64,000 nucleotides of DNA from Porticoccaceae bacterium (GCA_029268475.1 JAQWNR010000022.1:29882-93881); one strand, 5' to 3'. Numbered from the stretch's first letter, positions 19,528-30,042 are shown. Numbers and translations are program-made. The notes: generated from the letters alone by a model not told the origin.

Positions 19528-20706
19528 TCAGACGATTTCTATCGCCATAGCAGTGGCCTCCCCACCGCCAATACACAAACTGGCAATACCTCTTTTACCG
19601 CCGCGCTGCTGCAATGCATGAATCAATGTCACTATAATTCGCGAACCACTGGCACCAATTGGATGACCCAAGGCACAGGCGCCACCATTAACATTTAACC
19701 GCTCATGGGGCATGCCAATTTCCTCTAACGCTGCCATCGCCACCACAGCAAAAGCTTCATTGACCTCCCATAAGTCAACATCCTCGACAGACCAACCAAT
19801 ACGTTGCAAGGTGTTATTCATTGCAGTGACGGGCGCGGTAGTAAACCACTCGGGCTCCTGTGCCACCTGATCATAACCATGGATTAACGCAATTGGCTTG
19901 AGACCTTGAGCCTCAGCTTTATCCGCCATCATCAATGTCAGTGCCGCAGCACCGTCGGAAATAGAGCTAGCATTGGCAGCAGTAACCGTACCTTCTTTAA
20001 CAAAGGCTGGGCGCAACTGAGGGATTTTATCTGGCCGCGCATTGCCCGGTTGCTCATCCGTATCGATAATAATATCGCCTTTGCGCGAGGCAATGGTGAC
20101 CGGTGCAATTTCACTGGTAAATAAGCCCTGCTCTATGGCCGCATTGGCACGGCGCAGTGACTCAATAGCGTAGGCATCTTGGTCTTCACGGCTAAACTGG
20201 TATTTATTAGCACAACTTTCGGCAAAGTTGCCCATCGCAAGCCCCTGATAGGCGTCCTGCAGACCATCATATTGCATATGATCCAGCATCTCAGCGCTGC
20301 CAAACCGATAGCCCTGACGGCCTTGCGGTATTAAATAAGGCGCTCGACTCATACTTTCCATGCCCCCAGCAACCACCAGCGATGACTGTGCTGAGCGCAG
20401 TGCATTGCCGGCCATCATCACTGACATCATGGCAGAGCCGCAAACTTTGTTTAGCGTGGTGCAGGGCGTGGCTTTCCCAAGACCTGCCGCAAGCGCTGCC
20501 TGTCGCGCCGGCGCTTGACCAACGGCGGCAGTGAGCACAGAGCCCATAATCACTTCATCAATATTGGCTTTATCCAGTCCAGCCCGTTCGATGGCTGCTC
20601 GAATGGCCACCGCACCTAACTCTGGCGAAGATACTGAGGAAAGACTGCCCATCATGCCACCCATTGGTGTGCGTGCTGCGGAAAGAATAGCAATAGGTTT
20701 AGACAT
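19528..20706 (-). CDS. Acetyl-CoA C-acetyltransferase (thiolase II)
   Basis: 392 aa with active-site contexts LNKVCGSAM, NVNGGACALGHPIGASG and CIGGGEA. Confidence 0.9.
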   Translation of the reverse strand: MSKPIAILSAARTPMGGMMGSLSSVSSPELGAVAIRAAIERAGLDKANIDEVIMGSVLTAAVGQAPARQAALAAGLGKATPCTTLNKVCGSAMMSVMMAGNALRSAQSSLVVAGGMESMSRAPYLIPQGRQGYRFGSAEMLDHMQYDGLQDAYQGLAMGNFAESCANKYQFSREDQDAYAIESLRRANAAIEQGLFTSEIAPVTIASRKGDIIIDTDEQPGNARPDKIPQLRPAFVKEGTVTAANASSISDGAAALTLMMADKAEAQGLKPIALIHGYDQVAQEPEWFTTAPVTAMNNTLQRIGWSVEDVDLWEVNEAFAVVAMAALEEIGMPHERLNVNGGACALGHPIGASGSRIIVTLIHALQQRGGKRGIASLCIGGGEATAMAIEIV

Positions 20707-20735
20707 AACAGGCTCCTTATCTTCGGTAAGCTTCC

Positions 20736-21191
20736 TTATTTAACCACTCGCAAGGACGGTTTAGCCTTACCTTTTGAGGGTTTCGTTGATGACTTCTTCG
20801 ACTTTTTTTGTCGATCGGCTGATATAGCCTGAGGCCCTTTCGGGGGCTCTGGCGGCTCGTCCTCGGGATCCTCAGGCTCAAACACCATGCCCTGACCATT
20901 TTCCTGTGTGTAAATGCCCATCACGGCACCAACAGGAAGGTAGATATCGATAGGCATACCGCTAAAACGCGTAGACAACTGCAGGTGGTCATTGTTCATC
21001 TCGAAACTACTGACCGCACGTGGCGCAATATTGAGTACTATCTGACCGTCGGTAACAAAATCCTGAGGGACTTCCACACCAGGGTAATGGGCATTGACTA
21101 CGATGTAAGGGGTGCAATCGTTATCCACTATCCAGTCATAGAATGCTCTGAGTAGGTAGGGTCGATTGGACCTCATCTTCATCTCTATCAA
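20736..21191 (-). CDS. sspB: ClpXP adaptor / stringent starvation protein B
   Basis: The N-terminus RPYLLRAFYDWIVDNDCTPYIVV matches SspB. The tail is disordered, with a C-terminal ClpX-binding-like LRVVK. Confidence 0.9.
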   Translation of the reverse strand: MIEMKMRSNRPYLLRAFYDWIVDNDCTPYIVVNAHYPGVEVPQDFVTDGQIVLNIAPRAVSSFEMNNDHLQLSTRFSGMPIDIYLPVGAVMGIYTQENGQGMVFEPEDPEDEPPEPPKGPQAISADRQKKSKKSSTKPSKGKAKPSLRVVK

Positions 21192-21812
21192 CTAGGCGCG
21201 GATTTCGCGCTCAAGATCGGTCAGGCTCTCTTGAAATGAGGGGCGCTCAAATAAACGATCCATATAATCCAATAGAGGTTTAACCTGACGGTTATTCGGC
21301 AATTTGATACCCAACTGGGGCAGCCGCCACAGCATCGGCGCGAGACAGCAGTCCACCAGCGTAAATTCTTCACTCATAAAGTAAGGCATCTCGGTAAAAA
21401 TACTGGCGATAGTCACCAGTGATTCTTGAAATTCTTTACGCGCAGACTCTGCTTTCTTGCTTTCTGGATTAGCGACAATAGCATCAATTAACTTACACCA
21501 ATCGCGCTCGATACGGTAAATCCACAATCGACTCTGCGCACGGGCAACTGGGTATACGGGCAATAATGGGGGATGGGGGAAACGCTCATCCAGATACTCC
21601 ATTACCACTTTAGACTCATAGAGAGCCAAGTCGCGATCGACTAGCGTCGGCAGTGTGCCGTAAGGATTGGCCTCGAGAATTTCTGCTGTCACCGCATTGG
21701 CTTCGACATCTTCAATATCAACAGTTACGCCCTTTTCAGCAAGTACAATACGCACTCGGTGACTGTACTGGCAAGTAGGATCAGAAAATAGCGTCATCGA
21801 TGATCGTCGCAC
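21192..21812 (-). CDS. sspA: Stringent starvation protein A (GST-like)
   Basis: 206 aa with a GST fold and [24 protein letters not shown]. It lies immediately upstream of sspB. Confidence 0.9.
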   Translation of the reverse strand: MRRSSMTLFSDPTCQYSHRVRIVLAEKGVTVDIEDVEANAVTAEILEANPYGTLPTLVDRDLALYESKVVMEYLDERFPHPPLLPVYPVARAQSRLWIYRIERDWCKLIDAIVANPESKKAESARKEFQESLVTIASIFTEMPYFMSEEFTLVDCCLAPMLWRLPQLGIKLPNNRQVKPLLDYMDRLFERPSFQESLTDLEREIRA

Positions 21813-21897
21813 AACAACCTCTCATAGTTTTTTAGTTAAAGGAGCAGAGCTATTCTACCCCCCGATAGCAATCCTAGCGGACCCCTTCTAAGGGTCC

Positions 21898-23934
21898 TTA
21901 GTGAATGCCCTTCCAGTACTCGCGATTCAATAGAACCGTCGGCACCAGTAGAAATAGCAAGAATAAAATAACCAGTTTGCCAATATGCTTGCGCTGTTCA
22001 GCCATAGGTTCCGCTATATAGGTCAAAAAGTTTACCAAATCGTAAATCGCAACATCATATTCCTCTGCTGTCATCGTACCAGCTTTTGTAATGTTGTAGT
22101 TACCACAGGGGTTATCCAAGATATCTTGACCGGTTAAAAGATCGCGTTTAATACCACCATTAGCCGCCATCACGGGACCTGGCGCACATTCTGCCAGTCC
22201 CTGCAGGTCTAACAAGGCATGGGGCATACCGACATCTTTATACACTTTATTGTTCACACCTAGTGGGCGGCTAGGATCGGCATAAAAATTACGCAGGTAA
22301 GTGTACAGCCAATCGGGCTTGCGTGATCGCGCAACCAACGTCAGATCTGGTGGAGTGGCGCCAAACCAGCTTTTCGCTGCATCGGCGGGCATAGCGATAT
22401 CCATCAACTCACCAATTTTTTGCCCTGTAAATACCATATTGTCGAGCATCAACTGATTGGGAATACCAATATCAGTGGCGACACGCTCCCAGCGCGAGTA
22501 TTTGAACGAATGGCAACCCATGCAGTAGTTAACCGCGAGCATTGCGCCGTTTTGCAAGGAGGCTTCATTGGTAAGATCAGCCTCAAAGCTATCGCAGGGG
22601 ATAGTACCGCACTTATAAGCTGACTCAGCACCCACCGCTTTAATCGGTATGATCACCAATAGCGCAACAATTGCTACGGCGCCCATAGATCTGAGGAAAC
22701 CAATACCCCCATCCATAGTAATACGCTCTGGTTCAGGCTTTGTAGTCTCTATTCTGGTCCAGAAGTAGATACCAATAAAGTAAGCAAAATACAGTACCGT
22801 ACAGACCTGTGCCAGAATCGTGCGGGCTGGGGTCGGGGCTTTAACACCCAAGTAACCAAGGATAATAAATACTGCTGCCAACATGAGCAGCGCGACGCGG
22901 CTAAAGGTTCCTTTATAGCGAATCGAACGAACTGGGCTTCTATCCAACCATGGTAGGACAAACAGAATAGCAATGGCCGCCGCCATGATGATAAAGCCAC
23001 CCAACTTATCAGGGACCGCACGCAACATCGAGTAGTAAGGGGTAAAGTACCAAACAGGCGCAATATGCTCCGGCGTTTTCAGTGAATTAGCAATTTCAAA
23101 ATTGGCATATTCAAGGAAAAAGCCACCCATCTCCGGCATAAAGAATAATATGGCGCAAAACACAATTAAGAACACCACAATCGGCACCAGATCATGAATC
23201 ACGAAGTAGGGGTAGAATGGGATACCATCAACAGGGTTGCCATTCTTGTCCTTGTGATTCTTGATGCTAACACCGTCTGGGTTGTTTGAGCCTACATCGT
23301 GTAGTGCAATAATATGCATCACCACTAGCGCAATCAGAATAATCGGCAACGCCACCACGTGGAGCGACATAAAGCGATTGAGGGTAATACCAGAGATAAG
23401 GTAGTCACCGCGAATCCACTGCACAATATCTTCACCGACTACCGGAATAGCACCAAATAGGCTGATAATCACCTGAGCGCCCCAATAGGACATCTGCCCC
23501 CAGGGCAGCACATAGCCAAGAAAGGCCTCGGCCATCAGTGCGACATAAATAGTCATACCAAAAATCCACACCAGTTCGCGAGGCGCTTTATACGAGCCAT
23601 ACATCAATCCGCGGAACATATGCAGATACACCACAATAAAGAACGCAGACGCACCGGTACTGTGGGCGTAGCGTATTATCCAGCCGAGATCAACATCGCG
23701 CATAATGTACTCGACAGAGGCAAAGGCCTGTTCTGCTGAACCTTGATAGCTCATCAACAACCAAATACCAGTAATCAGCTGGATTACTAGAACCACCATC
23801 GACAACACGCCGAAGTAGTACCAGAAGTTAAAGTTTTTAGGCGCGTAGTACTCGGCCATATGTCGGTTCCACTCACGCTTGAGTGTCGGCATACGCGAAT
23901 CTAACCATGCGGCAAAGCCAGTTTCATTGCTCAT
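21898..23934 (-). CDS. Ubiquinol-cytochrome c reductase cytochrome b fused in frame to cytochrome c1
   Basis: A single 678-aa ORF. Residues 1-406 are cytochrome b (PWGQMSYWGA, heme-ligand His contexts). Residues 407-678 begin at an internal Met (22716) with a signal-like helix and carry the heme-c motif CMGCH plus a C-terminal TM anchor. There is no stop at the junction CGT ATT ACT ATG. Confidence 0.85.
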   Translation of the reverse strand: MSNETGFAAWLDSRMPTLKREWNRHMAEYYAPKNFNFWYYFGVLSMVVLVIQLITGIWLLMSYQGSAEQAFASVEYIMRDVDLGWIIRYAHSTGASAFFIVVYLHMFRGLMYGSYKAPRELVWIFGMTIYVALMAEAFLGYVLPWGQMSYWGAQVIISLFGAIPVVGEDIVQWIRGDYLISGITLNRFMSLHVVALPIILIALVVMHIIALHDVGSNNPDGVSIKNHKDKNGNPVDGIPFYPYFVIHDLVPIVVFLIVFCAILFFMPEMGGFFLEYANFEIANSLKTPEHIAPVWYFTPYYSMLRAVPDKLGGFIIMAAAIAILFVLPWLDRSPVRSIRYKGTFSRVALLMLAAVFIILGYLGVKAPTPARTILAQVCTVLYFAYFIGIYFWTRIETTKPEPERITMDGGIGFLRSMGAVAIVALLVIIPIKAVGAESAYKCGTIPCDSFEADLTNEASLQNGAMLAVNYCMGCHSFKYSRWERVATDIGIPNQLMLDNMVFTGQKIGELMDIAMPADAAKSWFGATPPDLTLVARSRKPDWLYTYLRNFYADPSRPLGVNNKVYKDVGMPHALLDLQGLAECAPGPVMAANGGIKRDLLTGQDILDNPCGNYNITKAGTMTAEEYDVAIYDLVNFLTYIAEPMAEQRKHIGKLVILFLLFLLVPTVLLNREYWKGIH

Positions 23935-24539
23935 TAAGCAACCTCCGAATCTATACCAATAATAACCACATCGTCCGACTCGTATGAATGAGGCGGCACT
24001 TCGAGATTGCTCGGGGCGGGGACACCTGCATACACGCGACCGGACAGATCAAACTTGGAGCCATGACAGGGGCAGAAAAACCCACCTAACCAAGCGTCAC
24101 CACCCAGATCCTGAGCGCCGACATCGGGGCGATACATGGGCGCACAACCAAGATGCGTGCACAGCCCGACCAAGACTAAGAATTCCTCTTTACCCGCTAG
24201 CGTACGAGCTGAACCGGCAACATAGTCAGGCTGAGCTGCTTCTTTAGACTCTGCATCCCGTAATATGCTGGTATCCATCGCATTAATTGCTGCAAGGGAC
24301 TCTGCCGTGCGACGCACGATATACACGGGCTTACCGCGCCACTCCACGACCAGACGGCCGCCGGATTCTAGCTTTGAAATATTGACTTTAACTGGGGCTC
24401 CAGCAGCTTTAGCTTTAGCGCTTGGCTGCCAAGATGAAACAAATGGTATTGCTGCACCAACGACACCTGCACCACCCACTACCGAAGTAGCACCCAACAG
24501 GAAATTGCGGCGGCTTTGGTTGACACCGTCATTGCTCAT
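23934..24539 (-). CDS. petA: Ubiquinol-cytochrome c reductase Rieske iron-sulfur subunit
   Basis: 201 aa with Tat signal SRRNFLLGA and Rieske boxes CTHLGC and CPCHGS. Confidence 0.95.
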   Translation of the reverse strand: MSNDGVNQSRRNFLLGATSVVGGAGVVGAAIPFVSSWQPSAKAKAAGAPVKVNISKLESGGRLVVEWRGKPVYIVRRTAESLAAINAMDTSILRDAESKEAAQPDYVAGSARTLAGKEEFLVLVGLCTHLGCAPMYRPDVGAQDLGGDAWLGGFFCPCHGSKFDLSGRVYAGVPAPSNLEVPPHSYESDDVVIIGIDSEVA

Positions 24540-24683
24540 GACGCTCTCCCTCTAAACACAAAATTGGATTTAAAACACGCGGATTCGCGCGCAAATAAAA
24601 AAGGCGGTGCATAGTAACGGAAAGCCACTTTTTAAGCAATATTAAGTTGCGTAAACACTGGCTAAGCTACTGATTTTTTTGGC

Positions 24684-24712
24684 AAAAAAAAGCCCGACCA
24701 ATGGGTCGGGCT
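24684..24712 (-). terminator. Intrinsic terminator downstream of rpsI
   Basis: On the minus strand it reads AGCCCGACC-CATT-GGTCGGGCT followed by eight U. It lies 19 nt after the rpsI stop. Confidence 0.85.
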
Positions 24713-24730
24713 GATTCGATACGGTAGCGA

Positions 24731-25123
24731 TTATCGCTTGGAGAACTGCGGACGCTTACGCGCTTTGTGCAGACCCACTTTCTTACGTTCAACCTGACGA
24801 GCATCGCGAGTCAAGAAGCCCGCTTTGCGCAACGATGGACGTAGATTTTCATCATACTCGACCAGCGCACGGGCAATGCCGTGGCGAATCGCGCCTGCCT
24901 GACCAAAGTTACCGCCGCCAGCGACGGTAATATTGAGATCAAACTTTTCAACCATATCGACAATCTCGAAAGGTTGACGAACAATCATTCGCGCCACTTC
25001 ACGGCCGAAGTAAACATCGATTGCACGATCATTAATAGTGATATTGCCGCTTCCAGATTTCATGAAAACGCGGGCTGCTGAAGTCTTGCGACGTCCAGTG
25101 CCATAAAATTGAGTTTCTGCCAT
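24731..25123 (-). CDS. rpsI: 30S ribosomal protein S9
   Basis: 130 aa with [14 protein letters not shown] and a C-terminus ending KRPQFSKR. Confidence 0.97.
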   Translation of the reverse strand: MAETQFYGTGRRKTSAARVFMKSGSGNITINDRAIDVYFGREVARMIVRQPFEIVDMVEKFDLNITVAGGGNFGQAGAIRHGIARALVEYDENLRPSLRKAGFLTRDARQVERKKVGLHKARKRPQFSKR

Positions 25124-25135
25124 GGTCGCTTTCCG

Positions 25136-25564
25136 TTACAGTTCTAGTACTTGCGGCTGCTGCGCAGCATGAGGATGATTCACGCCAGCATATACCTTAA
25201 GCTTTCTAAACATTTCTCGGCCCAGAGGACCGCGCGGCAACATTCCTTTAACCGCTGACTGAATGACGCGCTCTGGCGCTTTATCAATCAACTTTTCAAA
25301 GGAGATGTCTTTGATTCCCCCCGGGTAGCCGGTATGGGAATAATAAATTTTGCCTTTCGCCTTGTTGCCAGTCACCGCAACTTTCTCAGCATTGACCACC
25401 ACGATATAGTCTCCGGTATCAACATGAGGGGTAAACTCAGGCTTGTGCTTACCACGTAAGCGTGACGCCACTTCCACCGCCAGACGACCGAGAGTCTTGC
25501 CCTCTGCATCAACGATGTACCAGTCGCGTTCTACTGATTCTGCTTTTGCGCTATATGTTTTCAT
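25136..25564 (-). CDS. rplM: 50S ribosomal protein L13
   Basis: 142 aa. [29 protein letters not shown] matches L13. Confidence 0.97.
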   Translation of the reverse strand: MKTYSAKAESVERDWYIVDAEGKTLGRLAVEVASRLRGKHKPEFTPHVDTGDYIVVVNAEKVAVTGNKAKGKIYYSHTGYPGGIKDISFEKLIDKAPERVIQSAVKGMLPRGPLGREMFRKLKVYAGVNHPHAAQQPQVLEL

Positions 25565-25677
25565 CTTATCCTACCTAGCTTCTTGGGGGATCCCAAAAAA
25601 GGGTGCGAATTGTAATGACCCCGGAGGCCTATTACAAGGGCTTGTTGAAGCAAAAACCAACTTTTTTACGGGGTTAT

Positions 25678-26802
25678 TTAGGGTCGATGGGGACGCGCCA
25701 GATATTCACGGCTTTGCATCTCTAATAATCGGCTCTGGGTACGCTGAAACTCAAAGGCCAGTCGACCACCAGAATAGAGCGACGACAGGGGCTCTGCCGC
25801 TGATAGCGCAAGCTTTACACTGCGATCATAAAATTCATCGACCAGATTGATAAAGCGCCGCGCGGCATCATCGTTGGTTGCACCCAGTACCGGCACATTA
25901 CTGATCAAAACAGCATGAAACTCTCTGGCAATATCAATAAAGTCATTTTGACTCCGCGGCCCCTCACAAATCGCCGCGAAATCAAACCATACGATATCTT
26001 CCGCCAACATCAAAACAGGTATCGGCCTACCCACCACCTCTAAATCAACCGCTGTTTTAATTTCACCTTCCACAGGCACCAAGCTATCAAAGGTCGCTTG
26101 CAGTGACACACTGGCCTGACTATCCAGCGGACTGTGATACAACTCAGCCTGTTCCAGCGCGCGCAATCGGTGATCTACACCACCGTCGACATTAACAATC
26201 AGGCAGTGTTTATTGAGTAATGCTATTGCTGGCAGGAAACGCTGACGCTGTAGGCCATTCTCATAGAGCCCGTCGGGAATAATATTGGATGTTGCCACCA
26301 AACAGACACCCCGAGCGAACAGCGCTTGCAACAATAATCCCAAGATCATGGCATCGGTGATATCCGTGACAAAAAACTCATCAAAGCAAATTACACAGGT
26401 TTCACTGGCAATCTTGTCAGCAACTTTGTGCAGTGGGTCTGGCTGACCGGCATAGCGCTTTAGATCCTCATGAATACGCCGCATAAAGCGGTGAAAATGC
26501 ACGCGCATTTTACGATCGAATGGCAAGCTTTCATAAAAACTGTCCATCAGGTAGGTTTTACCGCGGCCAACACCGCCCCAAAGATATAATCCACGTTCTG
26601 GTTGCAGGGCAGATGTTGAGAATTTTTTCAACAGTCCCCCGAGAATCCCCGCTGCCGGACGACTATGTACAGCACAGAGTCGATGATGGAGGTTTTCAAG
26701 GTGCTCGACCGTCTGTTGCTGAGCAGCATCAGCGACAAAGCCGTCACGAGCAAGGTCTCTTTGATAGCGAAGTTTAGGGGTCGGCATACACTGGACAGTC
26801 AA
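25678..26802 (-). CDS. zapE: Cell-division AAA ATPase ZapE (AFG1-like)
   Basis: 374 aa with Walker A LWGGVGRGKTYLMD and Walker B VICFDEFFV. It is divergent from yhcB, as in E. coli. Confidence 0.85.
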   Translation of the reverse strand: MTVQCMPTPKLRYQRDLARDGFVADAAQQQTVEHLENLHHRLCAVHSRPAAGILGGLLKKFSTSALQPERGLYLWGGVGRGKTYLMDSFYESLPFDRKMRVHFHRFMRRIHEDLKRYAGQPDPLHKVADKIASETCVICFDEFFVTDITDAMILGLLLQALFARGVCLVATSNIIPDGLYENGLQRQRFLPAIALLNKHCLIVNVDGGVDHRLRALEQAELYHSPLDSQASVSLQATFDSLVPVEGEIKTAVDLEVVGRPIPVLMLAEDIVWFDFAAICEGPRSQNDFIDIAREFHAVLISNVPVLGATNDDAARRFINLVDEFYDRSVKLALSAAEPLSSLYSGGRLAFEFQRTQSRLLEMQSREYLARPHRP

Positions 26803-26975
26803 TTATCAACAGCGGCAACTGTAACGAGCAAATTAATTGGTTACAACCAAAACTCTGGAGCACCAATAACCCATTTTTGCGTTACAATACTGCTTCGCTC
26901 TGGCAAAACCCTGCTTATACCGCAAGTCAGGGCGCGAATTACAATGACGGGAGTACGACTTTGACAACCTTGACC

Positions 26976-27482
26976 ATGGTACTTATTTCTGCGGCTTTCT
27001 TTTTGATCGGCGCTGGTATTGGCCATCTCTATTCGCGCAAAAGCAGTGGTGGCGACACATCCGTTAGCGAGCTTGAAAAAAAGCTCGAGCACAGCGAACA
27101 ACAACTTAAACGCTATCAGCAGGAAGTCACCGAACACTTTATTACGGTTTCCCATCTGACCACCAACATGGCCCAGAGCTACCGCCAGATTCACGAGCAT
27201 TTGGCCACCAGTGCTATTCGTCTTGCTAGCCCCGAAATAGGACGCCAACTGCTTAAGGCCGGCGGCTCAGATCTGTCGCTTGTTGATGAAGACGGCAACC
27301 CACTTATTAATGCTGACGATATCCAACCACCCAGAGATTACGCACCCAAGGTGCCAGGTGGCATTCTCAGCGAAGAATACGGTCTTGATGAAAATGACCT
27401 GAGCAAAGGTCATCCAGATGCTGCCAACAGCGCGGACAAACAAGATGAAGATGACAGCGACCCAACCCATAATGTGAGTTAG
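26976..27482 (+). CDS. yhcB: YhcB (DUF1043) inner-membrane protein
   Basis: It has an N-terminal TM helix MVLISAAFFLIGAGIGHLY, then a coiled coil and a PRDY motif as in E. coli YhcB. The start is trimmed to ATG 26976. Confidence 0.8.
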   Translation: MVLISAAFFLIGAGIGHLYSRKSSGGDTSVSELEKKLEHSEQQLKRYQQEVTEHFITVSHLTTNMAQSYRQIHEHLATSAIRLASPEIGRQLLKAGGSDLSLVDEDGNPLINADDIQPPRDYAPKVPGGILSEEYGLDENDLSKGHPDAANSADKQDEDDSDPTHNVS

Positions 27483-27514
27483 CGCAGACATCGACAGCAG
27501 ACAAGGAGGTTGCT

Positions 27515-28246
27515 ATCAATAGTAGGGGCTGTAGCAAAGGATTCGCTAAGCTGTGCAATTTCTTACTGCCAAACGTCTGTACACTGTGCAGAGAGTATCT
27601 AGACGGAGATCAGCACTCCATCTGTTCACCATGTACCGCCGAGCTACCTTGGCTAATCAATCAATGCCATTATTGCGCTATACCATTAGTGGACAATATG
27701 ATTTGCTCCGAATGCCAACAGCGACCGCCAGTATTTCGCCGCTGTATTGCGCCACTGCAATATCAAAAACCCATCAATCAACTGATCAAGCCGATAAAGA
27801 CTGATGCCAATGCGCCCGAGTTTATGCAGCTAAGCCACTATCTAGCCAGCGCGGTGAATGATGCCTATTGGCCGAAAAATATACCGCGCACACTGATACC
27901 GATGCCTCTGCACTGGCGAACCCGCGCACAGCGAGGCTACATCATCGCTAGGCAGCTTTGCGCCATACTGGGAAACAACTCGGTTGCCAGCAATATCCTC
28001 TACCGTCGTCGCTACTCTAAGCCCCAGCATCTGCAGGCTAAACAAGATCGATTGCGCAGTATGCTCAATGCCTTTAAGGTTAAAAACAAGCATGCTGTCA
28101 GAGGGCTTAAGCTCGCCCTGATTGATGATGTGGTCACCACCGGCGCTACCGCACAAAGTGCTGCCGCCTGCCTTCTCCGCGCAGGTGCTCAATCAGTCGA
28201 TATTTGGTGTATTGCAAGAACAGGCTGGCATAATAATGCCGCGTAA
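27515..28246 (+). CDS. comF: ComF/GntX-family phosphoribosyltransferase-like protein (start codon uncertain)
   Basis: The C-terminal PRTase motif is LALIDDVVTTGAT. The conserved N-terminal zinc-finger CxxC pairs (LLPNVCTLC...CSPC...CHYC...CSEC) lie upstream of the first ATG (27689), in the same open frame that opens at 27473. Confidence 0.75.
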   Translation: MNSRGCSKGFAKLCNFLLPNVCTLCREYLDGDQHSICSPCTAELPWLINQCHYCAIPLVDNMICSECQQRPPVFRRCIAPLQYQKPINQLIKPIKTDANAPEFMQLSHYLASAVNDAYWPKNIPRTLIPMPLHWRTRAQRGYIIARQLCAILGNNSVASNILYRRRYSKPQHLQAKQDRLRSMLNAFKVKNKHAVRGLKLALIDDVVTTGATAQSAAACLLRAGAQSVDIWCIARTGWHNNAA

Positions 28247-28288
28247 CCCAAAATAGCGCCCCAACAAAACAATTACAGCGCAATAATT

Positions 28289-29083
28289 ATGCAATCAGCA
28301 GTCCAGTTGGCCACGAGTATTTGGCAAAAAATTACCGATGAAGCGACACAAACTGCCGCCGCAGAACCGGTGCTCGCCGAGTATCTAAAAGCGAATATTC
28401 TCGACCATGGCAGTATGGCTGAAGGTCTAGGCTTTTGTCTGGCCAATAAACTGGCTGCAGACACCACGCCCACGAGCCTACTGCGTGAGCCTATGACCAC
28501 GGTCTTTTCTGACCCTGATATTGTTAATGCGGTGGCCAGAGATATCCAAGCTACGATTGATCGAGATTCTGCCTGCGATAACTACAGTTCGCCGTTTTTG
28601 TACTACAAAGGTTTCTTGGCCCTGCAGGCCTATAGGGCGTCGCACCAGCTCTGGAAGCAAGGCAATCGCGCTATGGCCTCGCTGATTCAGTATCGCAGTT
28701 CCCTGCGCTTTGCGGTAGATATACATCCGGCAGCGGTTATTGGCTCTGGACTGATGATCGACCATGCCACAGGATTGGTGATTGGTGAAACAGCTGTGGT
28801 TGAGGACTGCGTGTCAATCATGCAATCCGTCACACTGGGGGGCACAGGAAAAGTGAGCGGTGATCGCCACCCTAAAATCCGCAAGGGCGTGCTATTAGGC
28901 CCTGGGGCTAAAGTATTGGGCAATATTGAAATCGGTGAGGGCGCTATGGTTGCCGCCTCAAGCGTCGTCCTAAAAGATGTAGCTGCCCACAATATCGTTG
29001 CCGGGGTGCCGGCCACTGTTGTTGGCCACACTCAAACTGATGAGCCTTCAAAGGTTATGGATCATTATTTTAAATGTGGTTAA
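28289..29083 (+). CDS. cysE: Serine O-acetyltransferase, copy 1
   Basis: 264 aa with an N-terminal SATase helical domain and hexapeptide-repeat region DIHPAAVIGSGLMIDHATGLVIGETAVVED...GDRHPKI. Confidence 0.9.
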   Translation: MQSAVQLATSIWQKITDEATQTAAAEPVLAEYLKANILDHGSMAEGLGFCLANKLAADTTPTSLLREPMTTVFSDPDIVNAVARDIQATIDRDSACDNYSSPFLYYKGFLALQAYRASHQLWKQGNRAMASLIQYRSSLRFAVDIHPAAVIGSGLMIDHATGLVIGETAVVEDCVSIMQSVTLGGTGKVSGDRHPKIRKGVLLGPGAKVLGNIEIGEGAMVAASSVVLKDVAAHNIVAGVPATVVGHTQTDEPSKVMDHYFKCG

Positions 29084-30042
29084 CAGCGATCCCAACTAAA
29101 CGGCATTACCTCAGTAATAGACTCTGCGCCCTCTAGCTGCATCAATAATCTGTCCACCCCCATGGCAACGCCAGCGCAGTTAGGCAATCCGTGATCTAAC
29201 GCTGCCAGCAAATGGTGGTCAATGGGTGTTTGGGTTTTGCCCGCAGACTCTCGCTGCTCGAGATCATTATTAAAACGCTGTCGCTGCTCGTCGCCGTCAG
29301 TAAGTTCAAAATAGCCATTGGCCAGCTCCATACCATTTAAGAAGGCCTCAAACCGGCGACTTATCGACTGACCCTGAGTATTTTTACCCAACTGCGCCAG
29401 TGCCGACTGGCAGGCAGGATACTGGTGAATAAATAGCAGCCCTTGCGGTAGCTGAGGCTCAACCAGTTGACTAAAAAGCAGATCAAGACAGTTGGCGCGT
29501 GTTTCTCCTGCCCAGCTCTCAGAGGCAGCGGCAACAGCCATTTGCTGAAGCTGCTCTAGCTCAGCACTATGGGGGTCAACGCCAACCGTCGCCATAAAAC
29601 AGTCAGCATAACTGCGTTTGGTAATAACCAACGACTGAGACGACCGCGTCGCATAGAGCTGACTAATCAACTCCGCCATTTCATCCATTAATTGGTACTC
29701 ATCCCAACCACAGCGATACCACTCCAGTAGAGTAAATTCTGGATTGTGGCGAGACCCTAACTCACCCTGTCGAAATGCCTTACCCAGGCAATAGATATCG
29801 CCAATACCAGCAGCCAGTAGACGCTTCATATAATATTCAGGTGACGTTTGTAAGTACCCACTATTTTTATGAGTCATTACAGGCAGGCTTTCTATATTGA
29901 TATCCGTGACCGAAGATCGCCCCAATAATGGTACATCAACCTCCAGAACAGCGCGCTCGAGAAAAAAATGGCGTAGCGCCGACAACAACTCAGCACGTCG
30001 CTGCAATAGCACAGGAGTCGCCCCTGGCTGCCAATTTTTCAT
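29080..30042 (-). CDS. epmA: EF-P lysine34-(R)-beta-lysine ligase
   Basis: 320 aa truncated class II LysRS-like protein (FRQGELGSRHNPEFTLLEWY, GVAMGVDRL). It lies directly downstream of efp. Confidence 0.85.
   Translation of the reverse strand: MKNWQPGATPVLLQRRAELLSALRHFFLERAVLEVDVPLLGRSSVTDINIESLPVMTHKNSGYLQTSPEYYMKRLLAAGIGDIYCLGKAFRQGELGSRHNPEFTLLEWYRCGWDEYQLMDEMAELISQLYATRSSQSLVITKRSYADCFMATVGVDPHSAELEQLQQMAVAAASESWAGETRANCLDLLFSQLVEPQLPQGLLFIHQYPACQSALAQLGKNTQGQSISRRFEAFLNGMELANGYFELTDGDEQRQRFNNDLEQRESAGKTQTPIDHHLLAALDHGLPNCAGVAMGVDRLLMQLEGAESITEVMPFSWDRC

Noticed and set aside
21879-21897. Hairpin GGACCC-N7-GGGTCC at the stop of the cytochrome b/c1 gene
   Set aside because: The stem is short, neither strand has a U-tract, and it overlaps the stop codon. 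This is not enough to call a terminator.
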